Shown here one piece after another: positions 8,358 through 17,818 of a stretch of 64,000 nucleotides of DNA. Positions within the stretch are counted from its first letter, which is position 1. Each line of letters starts with the position of its first letter. The stretch spans positions 28,319 to 92,318 of the forward strand of contig PEAO01000001.1 of assembly GCA_002753615.1 (NCBI GenBank), in the 5' to 3' direction. This stretch comes from Magnetococcales bacterium DCbin2. GTDB taxonomy: Bacteria; Pseudomonadota; Magnetococcia; Magnetococcales; UBA8363. Under the pieces are notes generated by a model. It did no database searches and was not told the DNA's origin. It saw only the letters and a list, made by a program, of their open reading frames with translations. Position numbers and translations under genes: made by a program.

Positions 8358-11300
8358 CCATCTCAACGCAACGGAACCTTTGGAATTTGCCCAATTGGGG
8401 ATTGATGTCCGAGCCGGAACCGTTTAGTTCTGTAGAAATACCCAGGAAAGATGCCGCTACCGGCGTGCTTCGTTGTCTGGCATGGAACCGTGACGGAACT
8501 TTGCTGGCCGCTGCCACCGATGAAGGGCTTTTCCTGAGTCCCAGTCAACAATCTGGGGAAGAGGAAAGGCCTGAAGAAAATAGTATCCGATGGAAAATGG
8601 TTATACCAGGTGTTTTTAACGCCATTATTTTTCGAGGGAATAACCGATTCGTCCTGGTAGATCGCCGGGGTATGATTCTCCCCTGTCTGTTTCGGGAGGA
8701 TCTTTTGAAGGTTCAGGTTGGCAAGGCGTTGCCTGGGTCCTCTGGACGATTTTGGTTACCAGCTTTTTCCGAAGACGGAAGCCTATTGGTTGCACCGACC
8801 GATGGCGGTGGTATCGGCCTTTATTTTCCGTATGGTTCAGAGGCGGATCGCAAATTTCTACCAGAGACGGGGAGAGCGATTGAGATGGCGGCCATCTCTC
8901 CCAATAAGAAATGGTTGGCCTACTCTCAGGCCTCTGGGAGTCGTTCCGAAATTTTTGTTTTTGGCTTGGTTTTGGATGATGGTGATAACGGATTGAAGAT
9001 AGGTTCAGAACCGCAACGGGTCTTGGAATACACTCAAAGTGGGGATTTTACCGCATCCTTTTTATTGTTTGATCGCGAGGGTACTGTTTTGTATGTTGGT
9101 GGTTCCAAGCACCAAATCAAGACATTTATTTATGGGCTGGACCCCGCTGGGTCGGATACATGGGTATGGGTCGAAAAGACGCACCGACATGGCGGTGGGG
9201 CTGGGAGGGTCAATGCCATTGAATTTTGGGGTGGTGCCGAGGAGTACATGGTTTCTGTCTCCGATAACCGCACGCTGTGTCTTTGGCATCGTGGTCACTC
9301 TCGTTCCTCCTCTATCGGTTATGACGCTTATTGGGTTGTCAGCCACTATGCTGGAGAACAGGTGGCTAAGATGGCATTTCACCCCAAAAAAACTTGGTTG
9401 GTCGCCCACAGGGCGGAAGAAGAGAGGATCAGCTTTTTTGCCGTAGACACACAAGATATCGCTAATCGAAAACAATTTACCAAGCTTCAAGCCTTCAAGG
9501 TACTTTTGGTCGGGGACGAGCCAGAAATAACGAGGCTGTTTGAGAAATTTCTTGCAGAGGGAAAGGCGAGCATTCAAAAGCAATTTGTTGGTGGAAGCAA
9601 TCATGACGATATTAATATTATTAGAGTCAACTGTAATAATTATTTTAGTGATGATGGACCGAACAGGGGACAGGGAGATCAAGACCAGGGAAAAGTATGG
9701 CGGGAGGTGTTCTTTTGGCGTCTTCCCAAACTGAAAATGGGAAGTGCCCATGATGCCATTCGGTGGTTATTACTGAGAGTTTATATACAGAACGCCGATT
9801 TATTGATCTACGTTGCCAAGGATCCATTGAAATCTGGCCTAACTCCCGATGGTATTTCAAAGTTTTCCAACGATTTGCGTCGTTGGGTCAGAGTTCTCAC
9901 AAATGCGGCCCCCAGGCGGGGTTCCCCCCATGACGATGGGATACCTTGGTTATTGGTTACCCAGAAAGATATCAAGGGAGAAGATGACAAAAAACTAGGT
10001 TCATTTCTCGCCGATCATCAATGTAGAGAAGTGGTGGAGATTGGTTCCTGGGATTTTCCAAGTGAGAATATGGAAAAAATCAGGGAGGCGGTTTGTTCCG
10101 TTCTTCTTAAGATGTTTCCTACGGGTAATATCGTAAAAAGAAATAGCGTATTTCCCATTTTTCGCGGATTCATGCGGGAGAGGTTTTATGCCCAGGCACA
10201 GATCCTTCCAACGGCAACGTTTCTTGATGAGGCCAACAAGATAACTCCTGGGGTTGACCGGCCTCAATTGGAGAGGGATTTCAATTCTTTCCGCGTTCCG
10301 GCGACCCGAAGCGGTTGGATGACGACGGCACCCGACAAGGATCTGTTATTGATTAACCGGTATGCCATGGATGCGTTGTTGGCACATCTTCTGGAAAGTG
10401 CGGTGAACAATCAACGCAAGGATGGAGCCGTGTTTTGGGATGAATGGGTGGAGAATTCTCAAAAGAGTTCCAATCAATTGGTATCCCGTGCTTGCCAATT
10501 GGGTTTGCGGGAATGGGTCTGGAGCCTATGCGAACGGGAGCAGTTGGCGGCAGGATTTGAAACTGTTTTGGAAGATGGGGAGTTGATCGAGCGGAGAAAA
10601 ATGGTATTTTCCCCCCTAACCAGTGGGCGTACATTTCCAACCGGGGGATACTTGCCAGCACCGAAAGTGACCTACTCTTTATCTTGTTCTGAGGATGAAC
10701 TGTTCCACAATCTTGTTATCAAGCTGAAAATAATATCAGGAATAAAAAGAATAGATGCATTCTGGCAGAATGGGATGATATTTTCCGCATCTGGCGACCA
10801 AAGGTACTCCCTTGGGTTTTATTTTGGCCTTTACGAAAGAAAGCGTGATTATTGTGACCGGCAGGAGGGAAACAGGGTTGTACTCAACCTTTTTTACATG
10901 GGTGAGAATATCCCCACTGCGACTTGGCAGCTATTTCAGGATACCGTTGAGACACTGTTGCGGACTTGGGCTTATGACTCTTTGACTCATCAGGAGCCTG
11001 CCAAGGAGGTTATCGCTGAGCGTTTTATCCGATTTTTTTGTACAAACAGGGAATGTGGCCATGACGAACTTGATTCTGTTCGTGCTAAAGAGGCATTCAA
11101 AAAAGGTAATCCACGGGAAACATGTCAGTGTGGTGCGCCGATTGAGTTGAGAAGCTTTTTCGATGTTGGCAGCGGTCAGGACGCTGGGACAAAACAATTA
11201 TATCGGGAAGAGAAAGTTGAGAGTCGTATCAGAAAACATAAACGGGATTTTTCAAAGTGGTTGCTTACAAATACATCTTATGAAATCTCACAAGCTACCC

Positions 11301-11914
11301 TAGATGGGTTGACGGTGGTTTTTACCGATATTAAAGGTTCCATGGATCTGCTGGCTCGGGAGAAAGAGGAAGGGTGGTTTAAGGCATTGATGCTCCATTT
11401 TGATCGGGCTAACGCTCTTCTTGAAGAATTTCGGAATGGGTATATGGTCAAGAACATGGGTGATGGATTTGTTTTTGTGTTTACCGATACTTTTGAAGCC
11501 CTGAACTATTGCGCCCAACTTCTTAAAGATTCCCCCCGCGACAAAGGTATTCAAATCCGGGCATCCATGCATAGTGGTCCAGTCTACATCGATACCGAGA
11601 TTGGAGATATTTTTGGTGTGCATGTGGGTTTGACGGCTCGGATTATGGAGCTTCACAAAGGGGCGGTCATTCTGGCCAGCCAAGTGGCCCTCGATAAACT
11701 CAAAAATCACCCAAATTTTGAGCCTCAATTTTCTACAGATCATATCGCATCGGTGGATAAAACGGGCAACAGATTTGTTATTGTCAATGAGGCGAGATAT
11801 ACCTCAGAAGAGCTTAAAAAGGTTGGAAAGGGAAATAAGGTTGATTCTTTGGCAGATGATGATGAGATCAAGGTTTATCTGATCGATCATCGCAAAGCAG
11901 CTACAACATCTTAG
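8354..11914 (+). CDS. 1186-aa multidomain protein: WD40-like beta-propeller, degenerate ROC/COR-like region, Zn-ribbon, class III nucleotidyl cyclase
   Basis: ATG overlaps the platform-gene stop (ATGA). WD-like strands: CLAWNRDGTLLAAATDEGLF, ISPNKKWLAYS, VSDNRTLCLWH. Ras/ROC-like strand KVLLVGDEPEITR (P-loop GKT/S lost) and LLVTQKD (NKxD-like). CxxC...CxC at FFCTNRECGH...CQCG. Cyclase motifs VVFTDIKGS, VKNMGDGFVFVF, FGVHVGLTAR. Confidence 0.75.
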   Translation: MTISTQRNLWNLPNWGLMSEPEPFSSVEIPRKDAATGVLRCLAWNRDGTLLAAATDEGLFLSPSQQSGEEERPEENSIRWKMVIPGVFNAIIFRGNNRFVLVDRRGMILPCLFREDLLKVQVGKALPGSSGRFWLPAFSEDGSLLVAPTDGGGIGLYFPYGSEADRKFLPETGRAIEMAAISPNKKWLAYSQASGSRSEIFVFGLVLDDGDNGLKIGSEPQRVLEYTQSGDFTASFLLFDREGTVLYVGGSKHQIKTFIYGLDPAGSDTWVWVEKTHRHGGGAGRVNAIEFWGGAEEYMVSVSDNRTLCLWHRGHSRSSSIGYDAYWVVSHYAGEQVAKMAFHPKKTWLVAHRAEEERISFFAVDTQDIANRKQFTKLQAFKVLLVGDEPEITRLFEKFLAEGKASIQKQFVGGSNHDDINIIRVNCNNYFSDDGPNRGQGDQDQGKVWREVFFWRLPKLKMGSAHDAIRWLLLRVYIQNADLLIYVAKDPLKSGLTPDGISKFSNDLRRWVRVLTNAAPRRGSPHDDGIPWLLVTQKDIKGEDDKKLGSFLADHQCREVVEIGSWDFPSENMEKIREAVCSVLLKMFPTGNIVKRNSVFPIFRGFMRERFYAQAQILPTATFLDEANKITPGVDRPQLERDFNSFRVPATRSGWMTTAPDKDLLLINRYAMDALLAHLLESAVNNQRKDGAVFWDEWVENSQKSSNQLVSRACQLGLREWVWSLCEREQLAAGFETVLEDGELIERRKMVFSPLTSGRTFPTGGYLPAPKVTYSLSCSEDELFHNLVIKLKIISGIKRIDAFWQNGMIFSASGDQRYSLGFYFGLYERKRDYCDRQEGNRVVLNLFYMGENIPTATWQLFQDTVETLLRTWAYDSLTHQEPAKEVIAERFIRFFCTNRECGHDELDSVRAKEAFKKGNPRETCQCGAPIELRSFFDVGSGQDAGTKQLYREEKVESRIRKHKRDFSKWLLTNTSYEISQATLDGLTVVFTDIKGSMDLLAREKEEGWFKALMLHFDRANALLEEFRNGYMVKNMGDGFVFVFTDTFEALNYCAQLLKDSPRDKGIQIRASMHSGPVYIDTEIGDIFGVHVGLTARIMELHKGAVILASQVALDKLKNHPNFEPQFSTDHIASVDKTGNRFVIVNEARYTSEELKKVGKGNKVDSLADDDEIKVYLIDHRKAATTS
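11306..11728 (+). other. Class III adenylate/guanylate cyclase homology domain of the 1186-aa protein
   Basis: Both metal-binding Asp are present (FTDIKG; MGDGF), as is the Lys in VKNMGD. The Arg of the N...R pair is present but the Asn position reads Gly (VGLTAR). Confidence 0.7.
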
Positions 11915-11974
11915 GTATATCGAGATTGTGGTGGTTATGTGGCTGTCACTGGGCAGATCCGTGCGAGGTTTTAA

Positions 11975-12613
11975 GTGGATAATAGTCCTGAGAATGGGTT
12001 TACGTTGGTTGAATTGATGATTGTTGTCGTCATCATCGGCATTTTGGGAATTCTTGGTCTTCCCAAGATGAGACCCTATATGTTGCAGGGCAATCTTCAA
12101 GCTGCGATTCCCTATCTTATGGCTATTGCAGCTAAAGAACGTTCCTACTACCAACTGAATGGATCCTATTATTCGTCGCCGGATAATGATGAGCAGGGCT
12201 TGGAGGATATTCTGGGTGTGGATTTGAGTGGGGCTGGAGACTTTTGTTTTTTGGTCAGATTCGGAGATGGAAACTATATCAGCCCTTCGGGAAACAGTGG
12301 CAGCGGTGATGAGGGGATCGCAAAATTTGAGGTGTGGGCACTTCTTCGGGACGATTCCTACTCTGGGCTGACTTCGGAAAACGATACCGTGACGGCCTTT
12401 AACTTGGCGAGTGTTTCGTGTATTACCGCCGATGAAAAAAATCATGCGACCGGATTTGTTGGTCCTGATGGGAGTGATGTGGGGGGGGAGGGGCGTATTC
12501 TATCACTTCGTTTTCCACCACCGGCGTTCGGCGTGGATCCTCGCACACGGGCCGGGCGCAGCATCAATCTGAACTGGGAAAACGGAGTTACCCTCCATGA
12601 CGCACTGCGCTGA
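11975..12613 (+). CDS. Prepilin-type N-terminal domain protein (second pilin/pseudopilin, GspG/H-like)
   Basis: MDNSPENG/FTLVELMIVVVIIGILGILGLP: short leader, Gly-Phe cleavage site, Glu +5. Confidence 0.85.
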   Translation: MDNSPENGFTLVELMIVVVIIGILGILGLPKMRPYMLQGNLQAAIPYLMAIAAKERSYYQLNGSYYSSPDNDEQGLEDILGVDLSGAGDFCFLVRFGDGNYISPSGNSGSGDEGIAKFEVWALLRDDSYSGLTSENDTVTAFNLASVSCITADEKNHATGFVGPDGSDVGGEGRILSLRFPPPAFGVDPRTRAGRSINLNWENGVTLHDALR

Positions 12614-12635
12614 CGATATGTTGGGGGATGATTGG

Positions 12636-13271
12636 ATGGGGAAGAGATCCAAACTGAAGAGGTATCGGCGGACAGCGGTACAACGGGGCATATCCTTGAT
12701 CGAAGTGATGATGGGGATTGTTTTGCTTTCTTTGTTTGTCATTGGTGTTGCGGAGTTTTGGGCGGTTTTTAAAGGGCAGCTTGTCCAAAACACGATTCGG
12801 CAGCAGGCGGTGTTTGTTCTTCATGGCCAGATGGAGCGTATTGTTGCCATTTATCGGCAACCGGACGAGTCCTATCAGATTTACGGTTTGACCACCGACT
12901 ATAACGCCGATCATCCCGATACGAGCCATTCCATTCTCGTTGACAGTCCCAATGGATTGGTGACGAGCGATAGGAACGATTTTGCCCAAGGAGTTATCTT
13001 CTTTCAGGATACGGGGATCTTTGGTCCCTCTTCCAAGGATCGCAATGTGGTCTGGATTGACCAGGAACATGGCGTGGCAGGTTACCTGAGTTGGGTATTG
13101 GCCGGTATTGGTCAAGCCAACTGTTATCCTGGCGTGTATTGTCAGGAATTAAAAATCTATTTGGATTATCCCTACTGGGTTGAAAAAAACGACATGATCT
13201 TGCAGCTTCGCCCATCCCCGGACGGCATTGATACGCTACGTATCGATACCTTGGTTGGGCAGTGGTCATGA
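12636..13271 (+). CDS. Minor pseudopilin (GspI/PilV-like)
   Basis: ...AVQRG/ISLIEVMMGIVLLSLFVIGV prepilin-like N-terminus. Internal ATG 12636 (MGKRSK...) is preferred over the track start 12597, which overlaps the upstream gene. Confidence 0.65.
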   Translation: MGKRSKLKRYRRTAVQRGISLIEVMMGIVLLSLFVIGVAEFWAVFKGQLVQNTIRQQAVFVLHGQMERIVAIYRQPDESYQIYGLTTDYNADHPDTSHSILVDSPNGLVTSDRNDFAQGVIFFQDTGIFGPSSKDRNVVWIDQEHGVAGYLSWVLAGIGQANCYPGVYCQELKIYLDYPYWVEKNDMILQLRPSPDGIDTLRIDTLVGQWS

Positions 13272-13909
13272 GTAGGGTGGCATTCACAGGTGCCATGGTG
13301 CCTGGATCGGCGAGGTTCTGCTGGCCACAGTCCGGGTCTACCCTGGTGGAGTTAATGGTCGCCTCTTTCATCTCCTTGCTTATTGGTTTGGCGGTGTTGC
13401 AGACCGTTTTTCAAATTGAAAAAATGGTGACCTTGTTATTGGCTACGGCACGGATGAATCAGGAAGCACGGGAAATATTTTTCCTTCTTCTTTCCGGGGG
13501 GAGGGAGGGGGATGCCTATTTTCCCGGGATTCACGGCCATGACCGCGATCCAACGGGTAGCGATCTGCTTCATGTCAGTGGGCAGATATGGTTGGGAGAT
13601 GGGATCAATGGAACTGGGATCTTTGATGGTGGGGTCTCTCCGTATGATATTTCCTGTCTGAAAGCAAATGATCCACTGCCTCTTTGTTCAGCCGGAGGTG
13701 ACCATGTTATTGGAAAAGGGATGGTTCTCGACTTCGGTACATCTCAATCTTTGGCCATTCATGGCCGAACGGTGGATGTCTCATTTCAGTTGTTTTCACC
13801 CCATCTTGTCCCCCGTGGGACGCATGGTGGCTATCATCAACCCGATTACATGAAGCGGTTTTGGACATCGGTAGGGATGATGCTTTCTCAAGCCCCGGAG
13901 GTCCCATGA
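13268..13909 (+). CDS. Minor pseudopilin (GspJ/PilW-like)
   Basis: ...PQSG/STLVELMVASFISLLIGLAVL prepilin-like N-terminus. ATG 13268 overlaps the upstream TGA (ATGA). Confidence 0.65.
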   Translation: MSRVAFTGAMVPGSARFCWPQSGSTLVELMVASFISLLIGLAVLQTVFQIEKMVTLLLATARMNQEAREIFFLLLSGGREGDAYFPGIHGHDRDPTGSDLLHVSGQIWLGDGINGTGIFDGGVSPYDISCLKANDPLPLCSAGGDHVIGKGMVLDFGTSQSLAIHGRTVDVSFQLFSPHLVPRGTHGGYHQPDYMKRFWTSVGMMLSQAPEVP

Positions 13910-14535
13910 CGCCATGCCGGTTGGGGTATGTCCATAAAGATTTAGGGGGAGAGTTCGGTGGTGTACTTATGACCATTTTGATCATCATTACAGCGATGGT
14001 CGGATTGATTGCCTTTTTGTTCGAGCATCTCCTCTATGTGGAGACCATGGCGGTGGAGGAATCATTGGCTCGGGTACGAATTTACTGGGCCATGTCGGGT
14101 CAGGGGAATTATTTTCTGAGCCGTTTGAAATGGCGCGTCAGAGAACTTGATGAGACAAGTGTCCCCTCATTTTCTGCCGTTCAGACCGCTTTGGGATCTT
14201 TCAATTTTGCACAACAGGATCCCGATCCCACCGTGTGTGCGACCACCATCGACAGTTCTATGATCATCCGCTGCATATGGGATGACGTGGCACCCCATAC
14301 TGCGCAAAATATTCGCCCTTGGGACTACGGACCGGGATATTTGCTTCCCATTCGTGTTTCTGGAGGTGAGAAAGCGGGCAGTATACTTTTTTCTTTGGCA
14401 CAGGGTGCTGTCGCCGGTAATGGACCGTTGTTACAGTCCAAATTAATCGCAGGCAAAGGGTTGCAGGTATCCTATGCCTTGGATGGTGCCAGCGGATTAT
14501 CCGCAACGGTTCGACTCACGCAATACCAGGAATAA
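13906..14535 (+). CDS. Minor pseudopilin-like membrane-anchored protein (GspK/PilX-like position)
   Basis: N-terminal hydrophobic anchor GGVLMTILIIITAMVGLIAFLF without Glu +5, as in GspK-type proteins. ATG 13906 overlaps the upstream stop (ATGA). The call rests on position and N-terminus only. Confidence 0.5.
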   Translation: MTPCRLGYVHKDLGGEFGGVLMTILIIITAMVGLIAFLFEHLLYVETMAVEESLARVRIYWAMSGQGNYFLSRLKWRVRELDETSVPSFSAVQTALGSFNFAQQDPDPTVCATTIDSSMIIRCIWDDVAPHTAQNIRPWDYGPGYLLPIRVSGGEKAGSILFSLAQGAVAGNGPLLQSKLIAGKGLQVSYALDGASGLSATVRLTQYQE

Positions 14536-14539
14536 TGGC

Positions 14540-16621
14540 ATGTTTGGGAATATAAAAACCTCCGGTGGGGTTACCCCCGAATCAAAAAATGTAAACCGTC
14601 CTCTTCCGAACTCTGTACGCGACCGGTTTATGAAAATAAAGGCAGATTTTCAGCATGGATTTCGCGCATGGTCTAAGGGACTTACCTCTACGAAGACGCC
14701 ACCTAAAGCGGATCCGCCAAAAAATAAGGTGTCGCTAAACAGGGAGGTGAATCTGGTGTTGACTTCCTGGGGTTGGTTGCGGCTCGGTCCTGGGAATCAA
14801 TCCAATGACAGGGTATTTTCTTATAAAGTTATTATTGACCAATATGAAAATAATAGAGAAAAACAAGATGATATCAGCAAGTCTGCCGAGCAGTCACGGT
14901 TAAAGCAACGGCATGAGACGCTGCAACTGTCGGCGGTTCTTCATTCGCTTAGAAATTGGTGGTCCGAATCTGCTGAGTCGCAATACCGAGACCAAATTTC
15001 CCATCTTCATGTGATGTTGGGTGAAATCAGTGGCGTCATTGTCATGCCCAAAGATGATAGTTTCGTGAGTCGCGCAAACTGGATACGGACGAATTATCGG
15101 ATTCACAAGGCCCTTTCCTGCCGTTTAGCCTCCTATCTTCCTGGTTCCTACGCCTTTGTGCAAAGAAAGGTTCTGGACGATTTTCATTCCAAATTTGAAC
15201 CCTTTAAGGAGTTCACCAACAAAAAAATTGCTGGGGTTTTTCCTCTGGATGTCCTCCTGCTACATCATACGGATATCAAGAAATACTATGATGATAAAAA
15301 ACTGGTTGGGATTCTTAACCTGGAAGCGAGAAGAACCCGAATATTTTTGATTGAACGAGAAAAAACAGAGACCCTCCCCTTTGATGTTCCATGGGGGTTT
15401 GTGGATGTATTTGAAGATAGTGAATTTTCTACCAGTTTAGACGGTACACCGGAGGAGATTATCGGGAACCTGTTACCCATCGATCAAGACGAGTTGTTGC
15501 GCTTGATGCACGCTTACCCTGTTCCCCATTTGGCGATGCAAAAACTTTTTTCTCATCTTCTTGGATCATTACGCCTTGTCCTGGAGGGATACGTTCTCCG
15601 GGAAGGGGAAGATATTTCTCAAGATAGCCCATTTTTTCTGGCTGGAGGTTTTGATCTTTACTCGGAAAAGACCCCCGATAGGAAGGATTGGAAGCTTTTA
15701 AATGAGCTGGGGAAAAGAGTCGTTCATATACTTGGATTCAAAGAGAAAACACTCTCATCCCATTCCGAATCTAGTTGGTTACCATTGACTAAAAAAGATA
15801 TACAAGGGATCGGCGGTGGCATCTATTTTTCCAAACCTGGTCTCAGGGAGGTTTCGTCCGAGAATGAGACAATAGAGACGTATTACTCTGAAAGTGATTT
15901 ATACTATGCTGGGAATTCGCCAAGTAATCATGCTCTATCAAAATTTGCATCTGCATCCCGGGAATCTGTCAATAGTCCTCTGCCCCATGCCGAGGTATCC
16001 CCGACCGTCCCTGATGAGGAGAAGCCCACGATGTCGATAGGCGGAAAGGTATTTACGGGTATTTTCCTAATCCTATGCATTGGTTTTTATTTTTTTAGTA
16101 GGCACTATAACTCCTTGTATGATGGTCTTTATACCGGTTATATCGACACCGTCAAGTCGAACAAGGTCAAGATGGAAGAATTGGATAAATACCGGGATTA
16201 TTATCTCTCATCATCAAGCAATCGGTTGCTGCGTTTGAGTAAGGAGATGGATGAACGGATTAAACTCCAGAAACTTCGCGTCACCAAGCTGGGATTGGGT
16301 CAGTACAAAATAATTTTAGAAGGGGTGTTTTATAATAAAATACAGGGAGATGGAACAAATTTGAAAGAGACGAGAATGATCGATGAGTCGCGTGTTCACC
16401 AAGATAAGGGTACGGGAAGCGGCTCCATCAAAGGGCTAGGCGACAAGGCTGTGAGTGACCACTTCAAGGAGTATCTTGGTCACCTTTTTAAATCGACCGA
16501 CTCCGTTACCTATGGAATCGGCGAGTTGAGCATCGTGGGGCAGGATCGGCAACAGTCCGGTGGATATAGTTTTATCGTGACGATTATTGAGAGCAGTAAT
16601 AAAAAAGAAATAAAACTTTAA
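14540..16621 (+). CDS. Bitopic membrane protein in the GspL / PilM-PilN position (assembly-platform component candidate)
   Basis: About 690 aa. Large predicted cytoplasmic part, a single TM (VFTGIFLILCIGFYFF) about 170 aa from the C-terminus, then a periplasmic tail. Start is 4 nt after the upstream stop. No sequence motif recognised; the call is from topology and synteny. Confidence 0.4.
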   Translation: MFGNIKTSGGVTPESKNVNRPLPNSVRDRFMKIKADFQHGFRAWSKGLTSTKTPPKADPPKNKVSLNREVNLVLTSWGWLRLGPGNQSNDRVFSYKVIIDQYENNREKQDDISKSAEQSRLKQRHETLQLSAVLHSLRNWWSESAESQYRDQISHLHVMLGEISGVIVMPKDDSFVSRANWIRTNYRIHKALSCRLASYLPGSYAFVQRKVLDDFHSKFEPFKEFTNKKIAGVFPLDVLLLHHTDIKKYYDDKKLVGILNLEARRTRIFLIEREKTETLPFDVPWGFVDVFEDSEFSTSLDGTPEEIIGNLLPIDQDELLRLMHAYPVPHLAMQKLFSHLLGSLRLVLEGYVLREGEDISQDSPFFLAGGFDLYSEKTPDRKDWKLLNELGKRVVHILGFKEKTLSSHSESSWLPLTKKDIQGIGGGIYFSKPGLREVSSENETIETYYSESDLYYAGNSPSNHALSKFASASRESVNSPLPHAEVSPTVPDEEKPTMSIGGKVFTGIFLILCIGFYFFSRHYNSLYDGLYTGYIDTVKSNKVKMEELDKYRDYYLSSSSNRLLRLSKEMDERIKLQKLRVTKLGLGQYKIILEGVFYNKIQGDGTNLKETRMIDESRVHQDKGTGSGSIKGLGDKAVSDHFKEYLGHLFKSTDSVTYGIGELSIVGQDRQQSGGYSFIVTIIESSNKKEIKL

Positions 16622-16649
16622 AACAGATTAATGGAGGAAACCCTATCCC

Positions 16650-17777
16650 ATGATTTCCTTTGAAAATATCAAAAAACAAGTTTTGCACCCACGACGGTTT
16701 GTTAAAGAAAATAATACGTCCATTATGGTGTTTATAGCATTTGTGGCATGGCCAATCTTGGGGGCCTTTTTCTTTACGAGTTACCCCAAAATTGATTCGA
16801 TCACCAGCCAGAGCGACGCGGCAGTTTGCTCTGATACACAGTTGAGTTTTATTTTGCAATCACGGAAAAATAATACAAATCAGTCCGATGATAATCCAAC
16901 GACATTGTTAATCCAAAATATAAAAGATGCGGCCAGGGGTGCGGGTGTTGCGGAGTTGAAGAATTTGCAGGTTGTTGTTAAGGGAAAGGACAAGGGGGTG
17001 GTCGATGTCAGTTATGATGGCACGTATGAGAAATTCGTTAGGATGGTGAATCAATTGGAAGAGAATGGCCATCAAATATCCGAGATGTCCCTGGAATTCC
17101 TAAAGGAAGAGGGTAATATTGATTTACTGGCGATACGTTTTTCTCTAGAACATACCAATTTCCCTAATTTTCATAGAGATTTGAATGGTTTTAAAAATAT
17201 TCCAAATGAGCTTTCCGATTTTATTGGTAAAAATGCCCAAGGGCAGCAGGATGCCAATGGAGATTCCAGTCTATACTCAAAAGATAATTGTAACTTCGAC
17301 GTGAAAGAAATCAAGTCTGCGGTTGGTTCGTTTCCGTCAGGTAGCGTACCAGCCGAATTTAAAAAAATATTTGATGAATTGGCTACGGTAGTGAAATATA
17401 ATATAGATCAGAGGAATATTGTTGACCAGATTGCCAGTATTTCTGAAAAAACACCTCAACAGGATATCATCTTATCATTCAGGAATCCGTTTCATGAGTA
17501 TATTCGGTATTTTGAGAAAAATTATCTGAAGGTTCCAGATTATTATAAATTAGACAGGATTGATATTGTCGATAATTCCAAACAAGCTGATATCAACGGT
17601 ATCAGGTATGTCGTTGGTGACAGATTTCCTCGTAATGCCCACCATAAAGATGGTACCGCATTCTCCAACCTGGATACCCTGGTGGTTCGAGAAATAGATC
17701 CGGGAGGGTTTGTCCTTTTCCGTCAGGATAATGTTTATCCTTCTTACCTATTGCTTCCAAAGTTAAAGAAACTATAG
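16650..17777 (+). CDS. N-terminally anchored membrane protein in the GspM / PilO position
   Basis: RBS ggagga about 12 nt upstream. TM IMVFIAFVAWPILGAFFF near the N-terminus. The N/K/D-rich remainder has no recognised motif. Confidence 0.4.
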   Translation: MISFENIKKQVLHPRRFVKENNTSIMVFIAFVAWPILGAFFFTSYPKIDSITSQSDAAVCSDTQLSFILQSRKNNTNQSDDNPTTLLIQNIKDAARGAGVAELKNLQVVVKGKDKGVVDVSYDGTYEKFVRMVNQLEENGHQISEMSLEFLKEEGNIDLLAIRFSLEHTNFPNFHRDLNGFKNIPNELSDFIGKNAQGQQDANGDSSLYSKDNCNFDVKEIKSAVGSFPSGSVPAEFKKIFDELATVVKYNIDQRNIVDQIASISEKTPQQDIILSFRNPFHEYIRYFEKNYLKVPDYYKLDRIDIVDNSKQADINGIRYVVGDRFPRNAHHKDGTAFSNLDTLVVREIDPGGFVLFRQDNVYPSYLLLPKLKKL

Positions 17778-17818
17778 GTTATATTTATAAATGGCGCGTT
17801 ACAGAAAGAGGATATTTT

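Noticed and set aside
9062-9751. 229-aa minus-strand ORF inside the WD40/cyclase gene
   Set aside because: It is antisense to a 3.5-kb uninterrupted + strand ORF that is translationally coupled to its neighbour. It has no recognisable motifs.
11804-12445. 213-aa minus-strand ORF
   Set aside because: It is antisense to the 3' end of the cyclase gene and to a pilin gene with a textbook prepilin N-terminus.
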